Assembly: GCA_034520885.1 (NCBI GenBank)
Contig: JAXHNE010000002.1
Span: 4,787 to 68,786, forward strand
Reading direction: 5' to 3'
Source: Candidatus Saccharimonadota bacterium
GTDB taxonomy: Bacteria; Patescibacteriota; Saccharimonadia; Saccharimonadales; JAXHNE01
Length of the DNA stretch: 64,000 bases
A program made the position numbers and the translations under genes. The notes under the pieces were generated by a model. It had not been told where the DNA came from. It made no database searches and saw only the letters and a list, made by a program, of their open reading frames with translations. Below, piece after piece: positions 1 through 9,922 of this stretch (positions are counted from its first letter, which is position 1; the number at the start of each line of letters is the position of its first letter).

Positions 1-525
1 GCGTTTGTCGATAAACCACCAGGTCGCCACCATGGCCACGCGGTTTTGCCACAAGCCGGGATGATCCGCCAAATCATACAAAATCGATCGATCGGACTTA
101 TCCGCCAAATACCGCCCGACGATTTTATGCGCCGAACTGTCCACGATATCCCAGTTGTCTATGCCTTTTCGCCGATCTTCAACGCGAAAGTCCGGAGCCA
201 CTTGCCGTGTCGTCCCATATAACGCGGTGTCCATGTAAAAATCGTAAACGACTTTGGCCGTTTTTTGGTTGTATTGATAGGTCAAAATCATGGCCGCTGT
301 CAGGCGGTGTTCGTGAACCGGCGAGTTCAATAATTTTTTGACTTCATTGAGCGCCAAATCCCTAAACGATTTGGCTACCGCGCGCTGATCCGGGGCACGC
401 ACGCCAATGAACTCATCACCTTCGCTATAATGCCCGGGGCCACTTTTAAAAAACCATTCGTTCTTAGCTTTCCGTCCCGGCTCAACGCGGGAATCAAGAG
501 CGCTTTTTACTGCCGCCGCGGTCAT
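1..525 (-). CDS. DNA alkylation repair protein (AlkD/AlkC-like HEAT-repeat family), C-terminus cut by window edge
   Basis: Not in the ORF track because it runs off the edge. Manual minus-strand translation from ATG at 525 gives MTAAAVKSALDSRVEPGRKAKNEWFFKSGPGHYSEGDEFIGVRAPDQRAVAKSF...VHEHRLTAAMIL...IDNWDIVDSSAHKIVGRYL...LWQNRVAMVATWWF. This is the typical FFKTGxGxYxxGDxFxGVRxP / NWDxVD pattern of the family. Confidence 0.75.
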   Translation of the reverse strand, partial: MTAAAVKSALDSRVEPGRKAKNEWFFKSGPGHYSEGDEFIGVRAPDQRAVAKSFRDLALNEVKKLLNSPVHEHRLTAAMILTYQYNQKTAKVVYDFYMDTALYGTTRQVAPDFRVEDRRKGIDNWDIVDSSAHKIVGRYLADKSDRSILYDLADHPGLWQNRVAMVATWWFIDKR

Positions 526-1177
526 TTTTGTTATGAGAATTCTTGTTGCGCCCGTTTTTAGCGTGCTGTTTTTTGTTGCTTGGGCGGTGTTTTCCGCGGG
601 ATCTTTTATCGTGATACTCCAGTTGGGATTTATTGGCCGTTAAATCCACTATGCGGTCTTTGAACTTATTGAAAAGCGCGGAGTAATGTTCGCTGGGAAC
701 CAAAATTTTACCCAACTTCCCTTGTTCTTCCAGATAGTCCAATAACGAACGGAAATCGCCGTCGCCGGACACCAACACCGCCTTTTTGTAGTTCGCGAAC
801 TCGCGCATGGCCCACAAGACCAGGTCGGCATCCACGTTGCCCTTGATGTGCATTTCTTCTTCCGCGGCCTTTTTTTCCTTTTCGGTGGCACCTTCGCGCA
901 TGACGATTTGCGGGCGCGAAAGGTCAAAGGTTTGTTTGAGCACGATCCTGAAGCCGGCTTCGTGCAATTGTTCGTACATCGGCTCGAAATCCGGCACGTA
1001 GCCTATGAACATAAAGGCTTCGTCCACGCCGTGTTTGTCGCGCAAATATTGGCGGAACTTCTTCCAGTCCACCTTCCAGCCCACTTTTTGCACCGACACG
1101 TTCAAGTTTTGGCTATCAATGAAGGCGTAGGTTTTACTCGGTTGCTTTGGTTTTCGCGTAAAAAATCTTTTTGCCAT
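494..1177 (-). CDS. NYN-domain (LabA/DUF88-like) putative ribonuclease with basic C-terminal tail
   Basis: The 227-aa ORF begins YAFIDSQNL and contains GNVDADLVLWAM...AVLVSGDGDF, the NYN/LabA signature. Its 3' end overlaps the start of the AlkD-like gene by 32 nt. Confidence 0.75.
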   Translation of the reverse strand: MAKRFFTRKPKQPSKTYAFIDSQNLNVSVQKVGWKVDWKKFRQYLRDKHGVDEAFMFIGYVPDFEPMYEQLHEAGFRIVLKQTFDLSRPQIVMREGATEKEKKAAEEEMHIKGNVDADLVLWAMREFANYKKAVLVSGDGDFRSLLDYLEEQGKLGKILVPSEHYSALFNKFKDRIVDLTANKSQLEYHDKRSRGKHRPSNKKQHAKNGRNKNSHNKNDRGGSKKRS

Positions 1178-1192
1178 GTTAATGCCATCATA

Positions 1193-1924
1193 TCACTTTT
1201 CGGTTTGTACGCGTATTTCGTCTTGGAGGCGCAGCGCTTCGTCAATGAAAGCCCGCCTTATTTCCGAAGTGAAGCGATTCCCCGACTGTATCGTATAAAA
1301 AAGTTCGTCACTATGGTGCTCCTCCAGCTCGGCAAGGTGTAGCAACCGGCGGAATGACGGAGTACTAAGCTTTTGTTCATGGAGCTTGTTATCCTTAAGA
1401 ATACGGGCAATGAAGAACGCCAGCCCTTGCACGACCGCTATTTCCCTGTCGTGCTCCTCCGCGGACATGCGTGTAATCTTTAGCTTGAATTGCACCGCCA
1501 GCGACTCAATTTCCTTCATGGCTTTCTTGTCGGACACTTCGGGGCAGACCACGAGAACCTCTCCCGCCAAAGAATCCGCCGTTTGCGGACCGAAAAGCGG
1601 ATGAGTCGCCGCTAGTAACTGCTTTGGCAATAGCTTTCTGATGACCTCAATCGGCTTCTGCTTTACCGAACAAACATCCACCAGTATCGTGGACGGCGGA
1701 ATATTCGGCCGCAAATCAGTAAGTACGCTTTCGTACGATTCCAGTGGTACGGCCAAGATCACGTAATCCGAGCATGCGACATCTTCCAAGCTCGCCTTCC
1801 AGCCGTTCGGCTTACCGGAATAGCTAAAAACACGCACTTCGGCGTGCCGATCAAGCTGCTCGGCCAAGAACTTACCAAAACTCCCGAAACCAATAATCCC
1901 GACTGTTTTCATAAAATTAGACAT
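1193..1924 (-). CDS. tyrA: prephenate dehydrogenase
   Basis: N-terminal Rossmann motif VGIIGFGSFGKF, followed by THPLFGP and SAEEHDREIAVVQGLAFF, which are characteristic of the TyrA family. Confidence 0.8.
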   Translation of the reverse strand: MSNFMKTVGIIGFGSFGKFLAEQLDRHAEVRVFSYSGKPNGWKASLEDVACSDYVILAVPLESYESVLTDLRPNIPPSTILVDVCSVKQKPIEVIRKLLPKQLLAATHPLFGPQTADSLAGEVLVVCPEVSDKKAMKEIESLAVQFKLKITRMSAEEHDREIAVVQGLAFFIARILKDNKLHEQKLSTPSFRRLLHLAELEEHHSDELFYTIQSGNRFTSEIRRAFIDEALRLQDEIRVQTEK

Positions 1925-1974
1925 ATAATACCACCTCTGGTTGCAATCTTGCCTATTACGCGCACAATATTAGT

Positions 1975-2511
1975 ATGCATAATCGATACTTCATTGGCCT
2001 GACTTTGCCGGATGAGCTCAGCGAACGGATTCACGAACTGCAAAATGAGTTTCACGAACCGGGCAAAACCATGCAACCGCTGGTGCCGCACATTACGCTG
2101 TTGCCACCGAATTTACTGATGAGCGTTTCACCGATGTATTTACTCCCGAAATTGCGCCCGTTGGGAAAAGCGTTTTTGCCGCTTAACATTCACTTGGCCG
2201 CCACCGATATGTTCGGCGCGCGCGTGCTTTTCCTCACCGTAGAAAACGACCGGTTAAAAAAATTACGCCGCGAAATGCTTGATCTTTTACCCGAAAAAGT
2301 ACAAAAATCGTACTCGACGGAATATTCGTTCACCCCGCATGTCACTTTGCTGCAAGCCAAACCCAAGCAAGCACTACCCGATGAAACTATCAAGGCCTTT
2401 ACGCACCGGCTAGAACCGCTCCTTCCTCGCGAGTACACGGCCAACCGGTTGCACGTTTTTACCCGGACGAAACCGCGAACTTACACGGTCCGCCCCGTAA
2501 ATAAACGTTAG
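1975..2511 (+). CDS. 2'-5' RNA ligase / 2H phosphoesterase family protein
   Basis: Two HxT motifs (PHITLL and PHVTLL) at the spacing typical of LigT/ThpR. Confidence 0.75.
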   Translation: MHNRYFIGLTLPDELSERIHELQNEFHEPGKTMQPLVPHITLLPPNLLMSVSPMYLLPKLRPLGKAFLPLNIHLAATDMFGARVLFLTVENDRLKKLRREMLDLLPEKVQKSYSTEYSFTPHVTLLQAKPKQALPDETIKAFTHRLEPLLPREYTANRLHVFTRTKPRTYTVRPVNKR

Positions 2512-2577
2512 TAGTTTTGTCACCGCTTGAAAAATTTGCTACAATGTAGATATCATGAATTAACATGGAGGAAATAC

Positions 2578-3276
2578 ATGAACGAGGTAAGAAGCCTTAC
2601 TGAACAGTTCTCCGACTCGGCAAACGAGTTTTGGACGGCTATCGGGGATTATTTGCCAAAATTGTTCGGTGCTTTGCTGCTTATTATTGCGGCACTCATC
2701 GTGGCAAAAATCGCGCAATCAATTATTGAGCGCACACTAAAACTACTGCGGGTCGACAAGCTCGCCAAAAACAAGCAAGTGAAAAAAACATTAAAGTCAG
2801 CGGAGCTGAACATTGATTTCGTAGGTGTTGCCGGACGGGCTACCTTCTGGGTCGTCATCATCATTTTCGCGCTGACCATCGCCGACGTACTTGGCCTTAC
2901 CGCCATGAGCGATGTGATCCGTGAACTACTTAACTACTTACCAAGTGTGATTGCTGGTGCAATCGTGCTGACGGTAACGTTCGCTGGTGCACGTTTAGTG
3001 CGTGACGCGGTTGTCGCCACTCTAAAGCACATGCGGGTAGACTTTGCCAGCACCGTAGGTTCAGTCGTATTTTACGTACTGGTTATCTTCGGTAGCATTA
3101 TGGCGCTTGACCAACTTGGGTTCGACACCACAATCTTAGCTGCCAACATCACTGTGATCGTTGCGGGTATTGTGTTTGCTCTGGCCCTGGCCTTTGGACT
3201 CGGCGGCCGAGACACCGCCAAAAAGGTGGTAGACGAAAGTTACGACAACTACAAAAAAGCAATCCACAAAAAATAA
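2578..3276 (+). CDS. membrane protein with conserved TM-helix repeats (MscS-N-terminal-like)
   Basis: Several hydrophobic helices with repeated organisation. I prefer the ATG at 2578, preceded by GGAGGAAATAC, over the TTG at 2527 given in the ORF track. Confidence 0.6.
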   Translation: MNEVRSLTEQFSDSANEFWTAIGDYLPKLFGALLLIIAALIVAKIAQSIIERTLKLLRVDKLAKNKQVKKTLKSAELNIDFVGVAGRATFWVVIIIFALTIADVLGLTAMSDVIRELLNYLPSVIAGAIVLTVTFAGARLVRDAVVATLKHMRVDFASTVGSVVFYVLVIFGSIMALDQLGFDTTILAANITVIVAGIVFALALAFGLGGRDTAKKVVDESYDNYKKAIHKK

Positions 3277-3295
3277 CCAGTAAACAAAAAACGCG

Positions 3296-3328
3296 AAAAG
3301 AGCTGCTATAGCAATGAGCAGCTCTTTT
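3296..3328. terminator. bidirectional intrinsic terminator hairpin between convergent genes
   Basis: AAAAGAGCTGCT (3296-3307) pairs with AGCAGCTCTTTT (3317-3328) around a 9-nt loop. An A-run lies upstream and a T-run downstream. Confidence 0.7.
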
Positions 3329-4545
3329 TAATTATTAACGAGCTTCTGTACTCCTTGCACAAGATCAAGATGTTGAATTACGCCTGTTCGCCCTAAACCC
3401 TGAGCTGCTTGACGAAGTAACACATAAAACATGTCGGCATAGTTTTCACGTTTAACTACTATCCCTTCACCGGTTTCATTTTCATCACCATTCCTGAAGA
3501 GCAAGCCGTCCTCATGGTGCAATATCTGAAAATTCGTGGAAGACTGCGGGAGGTACGGTGAATTAGTCAGCGCACCTCTACCTTTAACTTCGTCCTTTAG
3601 TACTTCTTCAATCCAATCCACTATAAAATCAACTTCACCGGTACCGTAGTCGGCAAAAGGCGCTCGAGAATACGGATCACTGATATGCGTAACTTCGTCA
3701 TGGCTCAATAATTGCACGAGTTTTTCCTGAAACTCACTCAACACTTTCTTCAGTTCGTCTTTACCACCTATACCGATGCAATCCTCAAGCATTGCAGCAG
3801 TAATATCCGGTTCAACTGAATGGTATCCCGCCACCGTGATACCTGCTTCGGGAGAAAACTCTACTTCGCTGCCAACTGGAGAAATGACTACTCCTACCGG
3901 GGACTTCAGTTGCGTCATTCTAAAATCACCGTGCAAGTCTCCACTAACATAAACATCTCGTTTTAGGCCATCATAGACGTACGAGAACTTCGGCTGTTCT
4001 TTTCTGACCTTCGATGTATAGCTTTCTTCCTCCTGAACGACATTTACTGCATAAGCCCCAATGATCGCAGCTGCTTCCTGTCTAGTAGACACACATTCAA
4101 AACGCTCGTGTCCTCTACGCGATAAAGCACCCCGCACCGCATGCCTGCGAGAAAAGTTAAGGCCAATGACGCCTGAAAGAACGTATTGGTCAACCTCCTG
4201 TGCAGGTAAAAACGGTTGAACTTCGGGCACTGAAAGCAACCTGCCCTCACTTTGCATTTGCCCAGTTTTATACGTCCATTGCTGCTGCTTTTGATAAGCC
4301 GAGAAGGCACGTACAAATATTATCGAATCGTCCAAATTTGGCTGGAGCTTTTTCCATGCTTCTTCCGTGGCTTCTTGTTTTATTTCATCAACCGTGTCGT
4401 CAAAAATTCTGAAATTGAAGTCATCCACAAATGCCGACAACAGAGGCTGGAACAAATCATCTTCTAAGAGTCGCTCTTTTAGCTTTTCTGCGCCAAGATC
4501 ATGCGCAATCTCCAACCCTTTTTCGGTAAAGTTATATTTACTCAT
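3328..4545 (-). CDS. hypothetical protein (about 405 aa, lower GC than flanks)
   Basis: Long uninterrupted ORF with no motif I recognise. I prefer the ATG at 4545 to the TTG at 4557. Confidence 0.6.
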   Translation of the reverse strand: MSKYNFTEKGLEIAHDLGAEKLKERLLEDDLFQPLLSAFVDDFNFRIFDDTVDEIKQEATEEAWKKLQPNLDDSIIFVRAFSAYQKQQQWTYKTGQMQSEGRLLSVPEVQPFLPAQEVDQYVLSGVIGLNFSRRHAVRGALSRRGHERFECVSTRQEAAAIIGAYAVNVVQEEESYTSKVRKEQPKFSYVYDGLKRDVYVSGDLHGDFRMTQLKSPVGVVISPVGSEVEFSPEAGITVAGYHSVEPDITAAMLEDCIGIGGKDELKKVLSEFQEKLVQLLSHDEVTHISDPYSRAPFADYGTGEVDFIVDWIEEVLKDEVKGRGALTNSPYLPQSSTNFQILHHEDGLLFRNGDENETGEGIVVKRENYADMFYVLLRQAAQGLGRTGVIQHLDLVQGVQKLVNN

Positions 4546-4610
4546 TACGTTTAGCAATAATACTGCTTACTGTTCGAATAACGCAACGATAAGAGGAATG
4601 CTCATTCTTC

Positions 4611-5165
4611 TCATTTACGTTCTTGCTTTTTAGCCTTCATGTATTCTTTGTATGTTTTATAGGTTTTAGTGTCTTTTACGCGGTCTACAAACAATACGCC
4701 GTTTAAGTGATCGACTTCATGTTGCACAACCTGAGCAACGAGCCCATTGAACGATTCCACCTGTGAAGCACCGTTTTTATCTAAAAATCTTACGCTCACT
4801 TCCTTATAGCGCGGTACTTTAGCAAATAAATCTGCTTTGCCATTGCTGCCCGCACTAATGCAGCCTTCCCACACCTGCTTACGATTGCCTTTTGTTTTAA
4901 TAATCTCTGGGTTGATCATAACAGCCTCAAACGGCTCAACTTCTGGACGATGTTTTGTCGGCTGAATTATAATTATGGTTAATGCTACGTTTCGACCAAC
5001 CTGTGGTGCTGCTAATCCAATACCGAGCTTTTTTTCAACAAGTGTGTGCCTCATGTCGGTTATGAGCTGCTTAATTTCTGCGGACTTGATGTTTTGCACG
5101 CTTAAGCTTTTACATTTTTGACGCAAAACCGGGTTGCCAAATTGGGTAATCGTTAAACGATTCAT
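4611..5165 (-). CDS. def: peptide deformylase
   Basis: All three PDF motifs are present: GIGLAAPQVG, EGCIS and QHEVDHLNG. Confidence 0.95.
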   Translation of the reverse strand: MNRLTITQFGNPVLRQKCKSLSVQNIKSAEIKQLITDMRHTLVEKKLGIGLAAPQVGRNVALTIIIIQPTKHRPEVEPFEAVMINPEIIKTKGNRKQVWEGCISAGSNGKADLFAKVPRYKEVSVRFLDKNGASQVESFNGLVAQVVQHEVDHLNGVLFVDRVKDTKTYKTYKEYMKAKKQERK

Positions 5166-5225
5166 ATTGATTCAATCATAGCAGAAAACCAGATATGCGC
5201 TTGCTTTAGCTTTCTATCACTACCC

Positions 5226-5495
5226 TTATTGCCCGACTTCAAGTGGGCAGTCTTGCGTGCAGTCAAGATAAAACTCATCAACGGAATATACTGCTTGCTC
5301 AGTATTCGGTAAAGCTTCAAAGCACCGGGTAACCGCGCAGGTGCCCATCCCCATTACTGAGCTGCAAAACGATTTCGTCTCCATCTCGTGCTCAGCTATT
5401 TCCCACCGAGCCTCCGTAAGTTCTTGGGGAGATGGCTGCTGAGGCCTCTTCGTCAAAACGAATACTCTGTCTTGTTTTAGCATTCTCTCGATCAT
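5226..5495 (-). CDS. hypothetical small Cys-containing protein
   Basis: The only evidence is the 89-aa ORF; no recognisable motif. Confidence 0.4.
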   Translation of the reverse strand: MIERMLKQDRVFVLTKRPQQPSPQELTEARWEIAEHEMETKSFCSSVMGMGTCAVTRCFEALPNTEQAVYSVDEFYLDCTQDCPLEVGQ

Positions 5496-5613
5496 TACAC
5501 TTATAATACAACTTAATAGTTAGTTTGCAAGCGGATACTGCCCATAGACTTCCATGGTTTAGTACTACTTGCTCACGAGTACAAGGCCTCCTCTTCTTTG
5601 TTATACTTTACGC

Positions 5614-6054
5614 ATGCGAAGGATTGCGGTGCGTGGCATAGCGGTACGCGACAATAAACTTTTGTGTGTGCGTCACAAGATGTACACCGGAAACATTGTC
5701 GGTAAGGATTTTTGGTGCTTGCCCGGCGGAACGGTGGACGAAGGCGAAAACCTTACCGCCGCAATTACGCGTGAAATGATCGAAGAAACCGCGATTACGC
5801 CACTGATCGGCAAACTACTCTACATCAATCATTTTCAAGCCAACAACATGGAGCATTTGGAGTTTTTCTTTCATGTAAAAAACCCGGAAGATTACCGGGA
5901 AGTTGACCTTTCCAAAGCCTCGCACGCCGAGGAAGAAATTGCCGAAATCGACTTTATCGACACCACCAAAAACAATGTGTTGCCCGAGTTCCTCACCACC
6001 AAACCAGCAAACGACTTACTGACGGCCAATGCGGAAATTATCAGCTCTTTGTAG
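5614..6054 (+). CDS. NUDIX hydrolase
   Basis: Nudix box GGTVDEGENLTAAITREMIEETAI. ATG at 5614 lies 6 nt after TGtTATACT (5599-5607). Confidence 0.85.
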   Translation: MRRIAVRGIAVRDNKLLCVRHKMYTGNIVGKDFWCLPGGTVDEGENLTAAITREMIEETAITPLIGKLLYINHFQANNMEHLEFFFHVKNPEDYREVDLSKASHAEEEIAEIDFIDTTKNNVLPEFLTTKPANDLLTANAEIISSL

Positions 6055-6570
6055 CTGCTTTAAATAATTTTGTGCTTGCCTGCTAGAGGTAAAATGCATT
6101 ATTTTTTGTGATTTGTTTTTGTCGTTCATTGATTTTTCTATCTTTTGAACCGTGGTGGAGCGTTTTTTATGATTCCACACATGTTTCAGGAATGCCCAAT
6201 CCAGCTTTTCCCGCCAATCATCGGGCATGTCTTGGCGTTTCTTTTGCCCGCCAAATTCAACGCGTCTTTTTAAGACGCGGTACATAGTAAGCCACCTTGG
6301 TAGGTCAAAATAAATAATGATATCCGCCCGAGCGAGTCGTTCCGGAATCGTGGTACTGTAGTTGCCGTCCATGATCCATTCGTCACGTGCGATTATTTTT
6401 TTGACCCGAGCAAACCATGCTTCTTTGTTTTCGTAATAGTTTTTATCCGTTTGATGATAATAAAAGTCCAGATGGATCAGCGGTAAACCGGTTTTCTCCG
6501 CCAATTCGCGGGCGAAAGTAGACTTCCCCGATCCGGGCGCCCCAATAATAGCAACACGCTTCATATACAT
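6016..6570 (-). CDS. P-loop kinase (adenylate-kinase-like / topology-modulation FlaR-like)
   Basis: Walker A motif VAIIGAPGSGKST at the N-terminus and a small size. It overlaps the NUDIX gene convergently by 39 nt. Confidence 0.7.
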   Translation of the reverse strand: MYMKRVAIIGAPGSGKSTFARELAEKTGLPLIHLDFYYHQTDKNYYENKEAWFARVKKIIARDEWIMDGNYSTTIPERLARADIIIYFDLPRWLTMYRVLKRRVEFGGQKKRQDMPDDWREKLDWAFLKHVWNHKKRSTTVQKIEKSMNDKNKSQKIMHFTSSRQAQNYLKQLQRADNFRIGRQ

Positions 6571-6638
6571 TATTCTACACCCTGCCCTTCCGGCTTACTC
6601 CCAAAGAACCAACAAATTAATAGTAGCTGGGCCCAAAG

Positions 6639-7076
6639 CTACGTTAGAGAGAGTTCTTTTTGTTTAGCAAGCAAGCCACCGAATTGCTCATCAAAGTAGT
6701 CTTTAAAGTAAGTCTCAGAAGCTTGATAATACTCGCCATTATTGCCATCTTTGATTCGCAAATTCGTAATTTGGGCAATAAACCCGCCGCTCATGTTTTC
6801 AGACAATTGTTTCGTAGCAGGAGTCAGGTCTTCATCGTTAACCAGGCAAAATCTTACTTCATAAATCCCGGACTTGTTGATGACTGAACTGACTCGAGCA
6901 GCATGCTTAGCTGCCGTTCGTTGATTGCCAGCCAGAGATATTGCTGCCATGCATAGCATATCTGGCTGAATATCATGTTCGATCAACCGCGCTTCTTGTC
7001 CTTTAATATATTCCTGGATCGTACACAGTCCGGACTCTTCAAAAAATGGCATAGATATTAGTTTTATACATCTCAT
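6639..7076 (-). CDS. hypothetical protein
   Basis: The ORF-track version (to 7220) overlaps the next gene. The internal ATG at 7076 (MRCIKLISMPFFEE...) removes that overlap. Confidence 0.5.
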   Translation of the reverse strand: MRCIKLISMPFFEESGLCTIQEYIKGQEARLIEHDIQPDMLCMAAISLAGNQRTAAKHAARVSSVINKSGIYEVRFCLVNDEDLTPATKQLSENMSGGFIAQITNLRIKDGNNGEYYQASETYFKDYFDEQFGGLLAKQKELSLT

Positions 7077-7098
7077 TTCCCTTTGCAAGCATTTGCGC

Positions 7099-7548
7099 TT
7101 ACAACTCCATCTCTTGGCGGGCTTTTTCGGGCGGGTTGTTTTTTTCGTCAAACAGCACAATTTTGCTTGGCGTGAATTTATACAATTGATGTTCGTTATC
7201 CCCCGCTTTGAATCTTTCAATAAAATCTTTGCCAGCGCCGTACTTCTTTACGTATTTTGGAAGAATTTCCTCCACGATCTTTCCATCACGAACGACCTCC
7301 GCCCTGCCCTCCGCCTGAATACCAATTACCGGCTGATCGTGTTTGACGGCAATCGCGATGGCGACTTTATCGTTTTTAGCGATTTCCCGGCTGTGCCGGC
7401 GCTCCGGCCAACTGAGCCAATACAAACTAAAATCATCATCCGCCACAAAATAAACCGTACAGACCCACGGCTGCAATTCAGCAGAAGTAGCAACCTGCAT
7501 GAGTGAGGCAACTTTAAAAGCGTCCGAGATGTTATGCCGGGTGGCCAT
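7099..7548 (-). CDS. pyridoxamine 5'-phosphate oxidase-like FMN-binding split-barrel protein
   Basis: Size and pattern (LATSxxxxQPWVxTVYF...AIAIAV...IQAEGRAEVV) resemble the PNPOx / general-stress-protein-26 family. Confidence 0.6.
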   Translation of the reverse strand: MATRHNISDAFKVASLMQVATSAELQPWVCTVYFVADDDFSLYWLSWPERRHSREIAKNDKVAIAIAVKHDQPVIGIQAEGRAEVVRDGKIVEEILPKYVKKYGAGKDFIERFKAGDNEHQLYKFTPSKIVLFDEKNNPPEKARQEMEL

Positions 7549-7550
7549 AA

Positions 7551-7817
7551 TTAGCTCTCCCCTTGTTCGCGCCTCATCTTGAGTTCTATAATGAGTTCAG
7601 GAGCTTGACCTGGACAATTACCGTTAGTACAAGCTTCAACCAAATTTCCGAGAGCTTCGCGAATTTTGCTTGCTGCCAAACGCTTACGAATACTCATATC
7701 CTCGTATTCAGCAATGGCGAAAAACTCATCATCTTCGAACATCTTACACACGACCGGACACGTTTCGACCTCGTTACTGCACTCTGAAAAATAATCTTTT
7801 TTAAGCGGCAAGTTCAT
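7551..7817 (-). CDS. hypothetical small Cys-rich protein
   Basis: 88-aa ORF with Cys clusters (CxxxxxxCxxxC ... CxxxxC). It is tightly packed, overlapping the glyQS stop by 17 nt. Confidence 0.45.
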   Translation of the reverse strand: MNLPLKKDYFSECSNEVETCPVVCKMFEDDEFFAIAEYEDMSIRKRLAASKIREALGNLVEACTNGNCPGQAPELIIELKMRREQGES

Positions 7818-9147
7818 CTATTTTAACTCGTTTTTGTTTGGTGGTGTCACGATCTCTTACGGTTACCGTGTTATCTTCTAATGTATCGAAGTCTATGACG
7901 ATGCATTCTGGGGTGCCGATTTCGTCTTGGCGGCGGTATCGTTTACCGATGTTACCGTTGTCGTCCCACATAACTCGTCCGCTGTACAGCGGATTCTTCT
8001 TCAACAAATCGTAAACTTCACGCGCCTTTTTGACCAGTTCTTCCTTGTTTTTCAAAAGCGGCGACACCGCTACGCGGTACGGAGCAAGCTCGGGTTTCAG
8101 TTTAAGCACGGTCCGTTCTTCTCCGTTGATTTCCTCTTTGTGGTAAGCATCAACTAATACGGCCAAGAATAGCCTGCCGAGCCCCATGGAGGATTCGATT
8201 ACGTATGGAATAAATTTATCGCCGGAAACTTGGTCATGATATTGCATATCCTTGCCGCTCACCTTTTGGTGGTTGTCAAGATCATAATCCGTGCGGTCAT
8301 GCGTTCCCATCAACTCCTTAAAGCCGAACGGAAACTTAAAGTAAATGTCGTGTGCCGCTGCCGCATAGTGTGCGCGCTCGTTTTCGTCATGCTCATGCCA
8401 CTGGACGTTTTCTTCGCCGATTCCCATGCGATTGGTAACAAAATCCCAGGCAAACTCACGCCAATGCTCGTAAGAAGGCTTTTCGTCGACGGGGTTGATG
8501 AAATATTGCATTTCCATCTGTTCCAGCTCCCGAACACGGAAGATGAAATCACGCGGGGATATTTCGTTGCGAAACGCCTTGCCGATTTGCGCGATGCCGA
8601 ATGGCAGTTTGGCGCGCATGGTTTCTTGGACGTTTTTAAAGTTCGTAAAAATAGAACCCGCGGTTTCCGGACGAAGGTAAGCAATGGAATCTTCATCCTC
8701 GATCGGGCCGATGTAGGTTTTCATCATCATGTTGTAGGTACGCGGCTTAGTAAGATCAGTTTTGCCGCAGTTGGGGCATTTTTTGCCCTCCAACAGACCT
8801 TTTAGCTCATCCAGATCGGTCGAATCCGTACCCGCTAAATGATCGGCGCGGTGGCGAGCACCGCAGTTTTTGCAATCCACCAGCGGGTCGGTAAATCCCG
8901 CAACGTGTCCACTCGCTTCCCAAAGTTTGGGATTTTGAATAATCGCGCCGTCAACGCCGAAAACATTGTCGTTTTCGGTAACCATGGCGCTCCACCACTC
9001 GGCCTTTATTTTGTTTAACAGTTCCGTTCCGAGCGGTCCATAATCATAAAATCCGGCCAAGCCGCCATAAATATCGCTGGCAGGAAACACGAACCCACGA
9101 CGTTTACATAGGCTAACGATATCTTCTAGCTTTGTGTCCTCATTCAT
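7801..9147 (-). CDS. glyQS: glycine--tRNA ligase (dimeric class II type)
   Basis: N-terminus ...CKRRGFVFPASDIYGGLAGFYDYGPLG, full length of 448 aa, and a C-terminal anticodon-binding region. Confidence 0.95.
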   Translation of the reverse strand: MNEDTKLEDIVSLCKRRGFVFPASDIYGGLAGFYDYGPLGTELLNKIKAEWWSAMVTENDNVFGVDGAIIQNPKLWEASGHVAGFTDPLVDCKNCGARHRADHLAGTDSTDLDELKGLLEGKKCPNCGKTDLTKPRTYNMMMKTYIGPIEDEDSIAYLRPETAGSIFTNFKNVQETMRAKLPFGIAQIGKAFRNEISPRDFIFRVRELEQMEMQYFINPVDEKPSYEHWREFAWDFVTNRMGIGEENVQWHEHDENERAHYAAAAHDIYFKFPFGFKELMGTHDRTDYDLDNHQKVSGKDMQYHDQVSGDKFIPYVIESSMGLGRLFLAVLVDAYHKEEINGEERTVLKLKPELAPYRVAVSPLLKNKEELVKKAREVYDLLKKNPLYSGRVMWDDNGNIGKRYRRQDEIGTPECIVIDFDTLEDNTVTVRDRDTTKQKRVKIDELAA

Positions 9148-9292
9148 CCCGTATGAAACAGATCGCGATCTGCCCTCCTTGCTAAAGTTATCTTGAATGA
9201 ACCCCCAGAAACTGAAATTAACAGACTAGGCGTTAACGAATATTTGCGATCGCGGTTTCTGACGGAACTCATCTTAAGACTATTCTATCAGA

Positions 9293-9754
9293 TTAGCTTT
9301 GATATTCTTGTTCTTTCGCGGAGGAGGCGGTGGTTCCCCCTGCTATAAACACAAAGCCGAGGAAAGCACCGAATCCCGCAAGATAGGTAGAGGATTCTTG
9401 GCGTTCGGCTTGTTGAGCTTGCTCGTATTCTTCGGGATCAACCCTGTTATCAGCTAAAAATTGTTCACCACTGGGGGTTTCATAATATAGCGTGCCACTA
9501 GTGCTCACCGTGCCGTCCGATCGTTCGGTAATCTCGCGCCCTACGAAGTCAAACGCATAGTCGAACTGTTCACAGGCCACTGGCAAAACTTCCCTGCTAA
9601 GCGGTACCTCGCCCAGCGCACGAGCACAATCTTCAACGTCTTCGTTGACTTCTTCGGCCGTATCACTAAGCCACTCGTCAAATTCATGGGCACCTAAGTA
9701 AAAAGTGCTTCCAAACATTAACGCACCAACAATTCCGTATTTCAACCTTTCCAT
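9293..9754 (-). CDS. hypothetical protein with N- and C-terminal TM helices
   Basis: 153-aa ORF with hydrophobic ends and an acidic middle. Confidence 0.5.
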   Translation of the reverse strand: MERLKYGIVGALMFGSTFYLGAHEFDEWLSDTAEEVNEDVEDCARALGEVPLSREVLPVACEQFDYAFDFVGREITERSDGTVSTSGTLYYETPSGEQFLADNRVDPEEYEQAQQAERQESSTYLAGFGAFLGFVFIAGGTTASSAKEQEYQS

Positions 9755-9922
9755 ATGCTTAATATATTCGTTTTACGGATAAAAACGCAAGCACGAGCAC
9801 TTACATACGACCCCTGAAGCACCTCACAAAAATTTTCAAAATTGTAACGATCGTTCAAAATTTGAGATTTTTATTTCGTGCGTGGTTAGAACGATAAGAG
9901 CTGTGGTGGTGGTAGCGTTTTT

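Noticed and set aside
7077-7220. Long form of ORF 6639-7220
   Set aside because: The first 48 codons overlap the 3' end of the PNPOx-like gene in another frame and are Lys/Arg/Cys-rich junk. The ATG at 7076 removes the overlap.
9148-9292. T-box riboswitch in the glyQS leader
   Set aside because: Only an ACCGCGA fragment is present. I could not find the GGTGG part of the T-box, an AG bulge/GNUGG pattern, or a terminator/antiterminator pair.
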